A stretch of DNA of 11,990 bases from an uncultured Nitrososphaerota archaeon (GTDB lineage Archaea > Korarchaeota > Korarchaeia > Korarchaeales > Korarchaeaceae). The stretch is from assembly GCA_964618805.1 (NCBI GenBank), contig CAZUBM010000006.1, positions 83,129 to 95,118 on the forward strand. Reading direction: 5' to 3'. The notes beneath the pieces are model-generated. The model saw nothing but the letters and a program-made list of their open reading frames with translations. It was not told where the DNA came from and did not search any database. Positions 7,347-11,990 of this stretch are shown one piece after another. The translations under genes and the position numbers were made by a program. Every line of letters starts with the position of its first letter. The stretch's first letter is position 1.

Positions 7347-8345
7347 ATGGCTAGCATAGTATATGGTCCAGTTCCTTCATGGAGGCTGGGAAGAAGCCTT
7401 GGAATAGATGCAACTCTTCTACCCAAGGCCTGTACTCTTGAATGTGTATACTGTCAGCTTGGTAAAACCATCAGAAGGATATCTACTCCGAAAGAACTAG
7501 ATCCAGCCATTGGAGTTGAAGAAATGATTATCCAGTTAGAACGTAAGATAGAGAGGATAGGTGTCGATTCAATAGATTTCATCACTTTTTCAGGAACAGG
7601 AGAACCTACTCTCAATCCAAATCTTGGAAAAATGATCTCTGCTGTAAAAAAGATGGTTCCCTTCAAGCCAGTTGCTGTTCTAACGAATTCATCCCTGTTA
7701 TACTTAGATGAAGTAAAAGAAGCACTATCAAATGCAGACCTGGTATCACTGAAGCTAGATGCGGGGGATCAACAGACTTTTGAGGATATAAATAGACCTG
7801 TTGCTGGCATCCCTAGCATAAAGGAAATCATAGAGAGCATTAGGGAGTTCAAAGCTAGTTACAAGGGAATACTCGCACTTCAGATCATGCTAATTGATAG
7901 TATCAAGCCTAATTTCAGAGTTAATTTCAAGGGAAAAGCATTGGATTTATTAATTAACGGCATTGCTGAAATCCAACCAGATCAGATTCAGCTAAATACC
8001 CCAACTAGGCCTGTAATGGAGAAGCACATTAGACCCGTAAACTCCACCGTATTAAGTGTAGTGGAGAGGAGAATTAAAGAAGTGGCTCCAGAATCAGAGA
8101 TTTTGAGGGTTGATGAGAGAAGAGCACCATTAAAATCGATAAAAAGAGAGAGAAGGCCTATAGAGGAGCTAAGAGCCGACATAGTTGCTTTATTGGAGAG
8201 GAGACCATGTCGAGCAGTTGATATCTCCATTGCATTAGGAGCAGAACAAAGAGAAATTGAAACAATTATAGAATCTATGATTAAGGATGGAATAGTCAGA
8301 GGAATAAGAAGCGAAAGAGGAATTTATTACGCTTACATAGGTTGA
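7347..8345 (+). CDS. Radical SAM protein (COG0731, wyosine synthase TYW1-like superfamily) with a probable C-terminal winged helix
   Basis: YGPVPSWRLGRSLGID N-terminal signature, CTLECVYC (CxxxCxxC), ITFSGTGEPTL, AVLTNSSL, KLDA, NTPTRP; C-terminal RRPC...DISIALG helix-turn-helix-like tail. Confidence 0.9.
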   Translation: MASIVYGPVPSWRLGRSLGIDATLLPKACTLECVYCQLGKTIRRISTPKELDPAIGVEEMIIQLERKIERIGVDSIDFITFSGTGEPTLNPNLGKMISAVKKMVPFKPVAVLTNSSLLYLDEVKEALSNADLVSLKLDAGDQQTFEDINRPVAGIPSIKEIIESIREFKASYKGILALQIMLIDSIKPNFRVNFKGKALDLLINGIAEIQPDQIQLNTPTRPVMEKHIRPVNSTVLSVVERRIKEVAPESEILRVDERRAPLKSIKRERRPIEELRADIVALLERRPCRAVDISIALGAEQREIETIIESMIKDGIVRGIRSERGIYYAYIG

Positions 8346-8361
8346 AACTTTGCACCATCGT

Positions 8362-8392
8362 ATATATAAGGTTGAGAACCAACCTTAAATAT
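8362..8392. repeat. 13-bp inverted repeat with 5-nt spacer (back-to-back TATA-like boxes or hairpin)
   Basis: ATATATAAGGTTG-AGAAC-CAACCTTAAATAT, 12 of 13 pairs; the right arm overlaps the 49-bp repeat. Confidence 0.8.
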
Positions 8393-8431
8393 TTGTTAGC
8401 ATAATCTCATAAATGGTCATGAATATGGGAT
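8383..8431 (+). repeat. 49-bp inverted repeat, right copy
   Basis: CCTTAAATATTTGTTAGCATAATCTCATAAATGGTCATGAATATGGGAT; the single difference is C8418 versus G in the left copy. Confidence 0.97.
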
Positions 8432-8730
8432 GGATAAGAGGAGGATGGGTTGGAAGGGGTTGGTACTACCCACCTATTGCACTTCCCTTAGCGAGCAGAG
8501 GGTACATCTACATAGGACCCTGCAGGTGTGGATTTGGACCGAACGCATTTTATCTCACTCCAACCGGGCAAATCGTTCATGCTTGGCAACTGGCAGGTTT
8601 AGCCTTCCCTGGATTTTTCCCATGGATGACACCAGTACCCGAGAGATATCTGCTTGAAACCGAGAAGAAGATGTTAGAGGAGGAGCTTAGATATATAGAA
8701 GAGAGATTAAAGCAGCTTGGAGGTGAGTAA
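8413..8730 (+). CDS. DUF5320-like protein with a CRC motif and C-terminal coiled coil
   Basis: Gly/Trp/Arg N-terminus, YIGPCRCGFGPNAFY, C-terminal LETEKKMLEEELRYIEERLKQL. The start may be ATG 8425. Confidence 0.78.
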   Translation: MVMNMGWIRGGWVGRGWYYPPIALPLASRGYIYIGPCRCGFGPNAFYLTPTGQIVHAWQLAGLAFPGFFPWMTPVPERYLLETEKKMLEEELRYIEERLKQLGGE

Positions 8731-8731
8731 T

Positions 8732-8890
8732 ATGAGATGGGGAAGGTGGTTTAGACCATTTAGGGGTTGGCGCGGAGGACCCTTCTATTGGGGCGTTCCC
8801 CCTTGCTATTACTTATTTTACCCAGTATATGCGGTATATAGGGCTCCTTGGCCCTTAGTTTATCGACCTTACGGTTATTTCGTTTGGTGA
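8732..8890 (+). CDS. Unannotated 52-aa aromatic/Arg/Pro/Gly-rich microprotein
   Basis: MRWGRWFRPFRGWRGGPFYWGVPPCYYLFYPVYAVYRAPWPLVYRPYGYFVW*. SD GGAGGTGA at 8719-8726, starts 1 nt after the upstream stop, exactly fills the operon gap, and its TGA lies within the GGTGA SD of the next gene. Confidence 0.75.
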   Translation: MRWGRWFRPFRGWRGGPFYWGVPPCYYLFYPVYAVYRAPWPLVYRPYGYFVW

Positions 8891-8895
8891 TGCGA

Positions 8896-9411
8896 ATGGT
8901 TGAGAAAATAGCGATAGCTAGCCAATGGCTTGGGGGCTTGGATGACTATGTGTCTCCAGTTTTTGCTAGATGCAATAGCTTCACCATAGTGGAAGTTGAG
9001 GATGGAAGCATCCGAGAAGTTACTACCCTCAATAATCCATCAAGAATAGCACCCTTCGGAGCAGGAATACAAGCAGCTCAGCTCATTGCTTCTACAGGAT
9101 CGAAAGTAGTAATTGCTGGCAGTTTTGGGCCTAATGCACTTACAGCCCTATCTTACATGGGAATAAGGGCAATAGCTGGTGCATACGGTATCAGGGTGAA
9201 GGAAGCTGTTGAGAAGTATTTAGAGGGAAGCCTGCAAGCTCGAGAGATCAGACCGCTTACGGTCCCAGCTCCTGGAATGTTACGAGTAATGCCTTACGCA
9301 CCAACATTGCCAAAGGAAAAGGAAATTGAGATGTTAAAGGCTAGGATGGGTTTCATCAAGAAAAGGTTGAGGGAAATAGAGAAAAGACTTAAAGAGCTAG
9401 GTGGAGAATAG
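8896..9411 (+). CDS. NifB/NifX-family protein fused to a C-terminal DUF5320-like coiled coil, about 171 aa
   Basis: KIAIAS, VSPVFARC, NP...GAGIQAAQ, VIAGSFGPNA, AVEKYLEG; tail EIEMLKARMGFIKKRLREIEKRLKEL. Start 8896 chosen from SD GGTGA at 8886-8890. Confidence 0.88.
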   Translation: MVEKIAIASQWLGGLDDYVSPVFARCNSFTIVEVEDGSIREVTTLNNPSRIAPFGAGIQAAQLIASTGSKVVIAGSFGPNALTALSYMGIRAIAGAYGIRVKEAVEKYLEGSLQAREIRPLTVPAPGMLRVMPYAPTLPKEKEIEMLKARMGFIKKRLREIEKRLKELGGE

Positions 9412-9424
9412 GAAAGGTGATTCT

Positions 9425-9844
9425 TTGGAGCGAATAGTTGTTTCTTCAAGCCCTCCAGGAGGACTAGATAGTTTAGTAGATTACAGATTTGCTAGATGCA
9501 GCCACTTCACAGTGGTAGATGTGGAAAATGGGAAGATCATAAACGTAAGTGTAGTACCTAATCAATCAGCTATGACTCCCTACGGAGCAGGAATACAAGC
9601 AGCTCAGATCGTGGCTTCCTTAGGAGCTCAGTTAGTTATTACTGGGAGCATCGGACCTAACGCTTTTTCCTCCTTACAAAGTTTAGGCATTAGAATCTAC
9701 GCAGGAGTTGGAGGAATAAGCGTAAGGGATGCGATCATGAAGTACCTATCTGGCTCCCTCAGTCCTTCAACCGCACCGGCTTCCCGTGGAAGAGGCATGG
9801 GCATGGGTAGGGGGATGGGAAGAGGTAGAGGAAGAGGCTGGTAG
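9425..9844 (+). CDS. NifB/NifX-family protein with a Gly/Arg/Met-rich tail, about 139 aa
   Basis: VDYRFARC, GAGIQAAQ, ITGSIGPNA, tail RGRGMGMGRGMGRGRGRGW. TTG 9425 follows SD GGTGA at 9416-9420. Confidence 0.9.
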   Translation: MERIVVSSSPPGGLDSLVDYRFARCSHFTVVDVENGKIINVSVVPNQSAMTPYGAGIQAAQIVASLGAQLVITGSIGPNAFSSLQSLGIRIYAGVGGISVRDAIMKYLSGSLSPSTAPASRGRGMGMGRGMGRGRGRGW

Positions 9845-9966
9845 GTGTCAAGCTAACTCCTATGAGAGAATCTGTTGGGCGAAGGAGTTAATGGCCTAAA
9901 GTTAGAAGGTCGGGGAAATTGGCTGTAAGTGACCTACCTGAAATAAAATTGCTTAGAGGAAATCAA

Positions 9967-10869
9967 ATGGACATAAGCAGAGGGCCAAAAATCATAGCTG
10001 TAACCGGCGGGAAGGGAGGAACTGGAAAGACAACGGTTGCAGTAAACCTCGCCTTTCACTTCTCTCAAATCGGCAAAAAGGTCTTGTTAGCAGACTGCGA
10101 TGTAGATGCCCCAAGTGTTGCTACGCTCCTAGGAGCTGAGATGAGGAATGGAAAGGAAGTAAGACAATTCCTTCCAGTTTTTGATGAGAGCAGATGCATC
10201 AGATGTGGTGAATGCTCAAAAGCATGCAGAATGCATGCGATATTACAGGTTCCTGATAAAATTCCCCTTCTATTTCCCGATTTGTGCTTAGGCTGCGGAG
10301 CTTGCTCCATTGTTTGCCCTACAAATGCGATTCTAGATGGCAAGAAAGTTGTTGGGTGGATCTATGAGACAGAAGCATATGGAGTAGATCTGCTCATAGG
10401 AGAATTAAAGCTAAACGAGAGGGAGTCTGAGGCCATAATAAGGGAAGTAAAGGAGAGGGCAATGGATCTATCAAAAGAGAGGAGATATGACCTCATAATA
10501 ATAGATACGGCTCCTGGGGCCCATTGCGATGTAGCCTTATCCTTAAAGGACTCTGATTTCGTGCTAGCGGTGACCGAACCAACTCCTTTCGGAATTCATG
10601 ATTTAGACCTCATACTCGAGCTAGCTAATCTGTTGAAGCTAAAGCATGCAGTTGTGGTTAACAGAGCAGACCTACCCGGAAATCACCGCCTTTTGAAAGA
10701 AATATGCAAGAAGCATTCCTCTAGGCTAATCGAAGAGATCCCTGTAGATGATAATGTAGTGCAGAGCCACGTAAGGTCAAGACCTCTGATGTTAGACTTC
10801 CCAAATAGCCCAGCAGCAAGGGCAATCTCAAGGCTTGCAAAGGAGGTATGGGAGGAGCTTAGTCTATGA
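9967..10869 (+). CDS. MinD/ParA-family P-loop ATPase with an inserted 2x[4Fe-4S] ferredoxin domain (COG1149-like), copy 1
   Basis: Deviant Walker [58 protein letters not shown] 9967 (GAGG upstream) preferred to TTG 9919. Confidence 0.92.
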   Translation: MDISRGPKIIAVTGGKGGTGKTTVAVNLAFHFSQIGKKVLLADCDVDAPSVATLLGAEMRNGKEVRQFLPVFDESRCIRCGECSKACRMHAILQVPDKIPLLFPDLCLGCGACSIVCPTNAILDGKKVVGWIYETEAYGVDLLIGELKLNERESEAIIREVKERAMDLSKERRYDLIIIDTAPGAHCDVALSLKDSDFVLAVTEPTPFGIHDLDLILELANLLKLKHAVVVNRADLPGNHRLLKEICKKHSSRLIEEIPVDDNVVQSHVRSRPLMLDFPNSPAARAISRLAKEVWEELSL

Positions 10870-11753
10870 AAGAAGTGGTAATAGTGAGCGGAAAAGGAGG
10901 CGTAGGGAAGACTACAGTATCAGCCTCTCTAGGATGGTTAATGGCTGAACAAATGAAATTGGTGATGGTAGATGTGGATGTAGATGCTCCTAACCTTTCT
11001 TTAGTTATAGGTGGTACCCTAAAGAATTCTCTAGAGATAGAAGCTACTGAAAAGGCGTTTGTACGGTATGAAAAATGCAAAGGTTGTGGAATCTGTGCAG
11101 AAAACTGTCCTGAAGAGGCTATTCATATGATAGGACAGAAAGCAGTTGTTTCAAGCTTATTCTGCAGCGGATGCGGTGTATGTTCCATAGTTTGTCCTGA
11201 AAAGGCCATCGAATTGAGGTTGGTAGCTAACGGAAGGCTTGACCTTTACGAAAGTCCTTCTGGGTTTACATTGTTAGTAGGAAAATTGAAGATTGGGGAG
11301 TCTGGCTCAGGAAAACTGGTATCTGAAGTTAAAGAGAGAGCAAGACAGGTAGCTAAGGAAAAGGGTGCTGATTTGGTGTTAATAGATGGTCCTCCTGGAG
11401 CAGGTTGTCCAGCGATCTCGGCAGTATCAGGGGCCACTCATGCAATAATGGTAACAGAGCCTACTCCCGCAGCTTTTAGAAATCTTAAGAGGATTTTCTC
11501 AATAATAAGACATTTTGGAGCAAATCCAGGACTAATAATAAATAAAGCAGACTTATATGAGCCAATAAAACGAGAAGAAGTTCACTTTGCTGAGAAAGAG
11601 GGCATAGAAGTGTTAGGTGAGGTACCCATGGATGACTCGGTTCCAAGGTCTTTAGCCCTAGGCATGCCGGTTGTTAGCGCATTTCCAGGTGCTTCAGCTT
11701 CTTTAGCTATTAAAAGGATCTTCAAGAATCTAGTAAATTACTTAAAGATCTAA
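10866..11753 (+). CDS. MinD/ParA-family P-loop ATPase with an inserted 2x[4Fe-4S] ferredoxin domain, copy 2
   Basis: [67 protein letters not shown] overlap with copy 1. Confidence 0.93.
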   Translation: MKEVVIVSGKGGVGKTTVSASLGWLMAEQMKLVMVDVDVDAPNLSLVIGGTLKNSLEIEATEKAFVRYEKCKGCGICAENCPEEAIHMIGQKAVVSSLFCSGCGVCSIVCPEKAIELRLVANGRLDLYESPSGFTLLVGKLKIGESGSGKLVSEVKERARQVAKEKGADLVLIDGPPGAGCPAISAVSGATHAIMVTEPTPAAFRNLKRIFSIIRHFGANPGLIINKADLYEPIKREEVHFAEKEGIEVLGEVPMDDSVPRSLALGMPVVSAFPGASASLAIKRIFKNLVNYLKI

Positions 11754-11990
11754 TCCTTTGTTTCTTCCTCTTTTACCACAACTGGGGCTTGAGGAACTAT
11801 GAACAGCTCTCTTCCCTCAGCGATCGCTTTTATCATCTTCTTCCTTCCGCTTGCGACTAGCCTCCAAACAGTCCCCCGAGAAACTCCCATCCTCCTAGCT
11901 GCCTCTTCCTGACTAAGATCTTCTCCGTCTACAAGTCTAAGGGCTTCAAACTCGTCGTATGATAGCAAAATTGGTTCCTTTGGCTCCATA
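11750..11990 (-). CDS. DUF134 (UPF0251/COG1342) predicted DNA-binding protein, probably 5'-truncated by the window edge
   Basis: [40 protein letters not shown]. The basic N-terminus typical of the family is absent, so it probably lies beyond 11990. Overlaps the end of the ATPase gene by 4 nt. Confidence 0.87.
   Translation of the reverse strand, partial: MEPKEPILLSYDEFEALRLVDGEDLSQEEAARRMGVSRGTVWRLVASGRKKMIKAIAEGRELFIVPQAPVVVKEEETKD

Noticed and set aside
7347-8345. Calling the radical SAM tyw1/taw1
   Set aside because: The N-terminal signature matches the related uncharacterised group, and the extra N-terminal Cys region for the auxiliary cluster of true Taw1 is not evident.
6831-8431. IS element or transposon with terminal inverted repeats
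   Set aside because: No transposase, no evident target-site duplication, and the repeats run into the flanking coding starts.
6473-11437. ORFs 6473-6676, 6897-7118, 7454-7666, 7988-8230, 8430-8657, 10065-10343, 10859-11080, 11246-11437
   Set aside because: Shadows of better-supported genes; the GGTGAG repeat in 6473-6676 is just the antisense of PAPVPP.
8896-11753. Nitrogen fixation or cell-division (minD) operon
   Set aside because: No nifHDK/EN or minCE. NifX-like domains and ferredoxin-inserted ATPases occur widely outside those systems, so no gene symbols were assigned.
1-11990. CRISPR array, tRNA or rRNA genes
   Set aside because: No regularly spaced direct repeats or RNA-gene signatures were seen; the longer repeats occur only twice.

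Overview
Gene-dense window that looks archaeal (inference from GGTGA/GGAGGTGA Shine-Dalgarno sites, TTAAATA-type TATA boxes, frequent AGA/AGG and ATA codons, several TTG starts). It has two modules. Left (91-4870): a putative sugar/polyol catabolic set, consisting of a fused TPP-dependent E1 alpha+beta 2-oxoacid/acetoin dehydrogenase-like protein and an SDR, converging on a Zn-dependent MDR dehydrogenase and a TIM-barrel sugar-phosphate isomerase/epimerase. Right (4967-11990): an uncharacterised metal/Fe-S-associated cluster. It contains a NifB/NifX-family pseudogene, a metallo-beta-lactamase-fold hydrolase whose membrane anchor is cut off by an in-frame TGA, two DUF5320-like proteins, a DtxR/MntR regulator, a COG0731-type radical SAM, an unannotated 52-aa Trp/Tyr/Arg/Pro/Gly microprotein, two NifB/NifX proteins, two ferredoxin-inserted MinD/ParA ATPases and a DUF134 DNA-binding protein. 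The most striking DNA structure is a 49-bp inverted repeat (48/49 identical; 6831-6879 and 8383-8431). It carries a TATA box, an operator-like palindrome and the translation start of the two outward-facing DUF5320-like genes, and it brackets the 1.5-kb regulator/radical SAM cassette. Family names come from motif recognition only; no database search was run.
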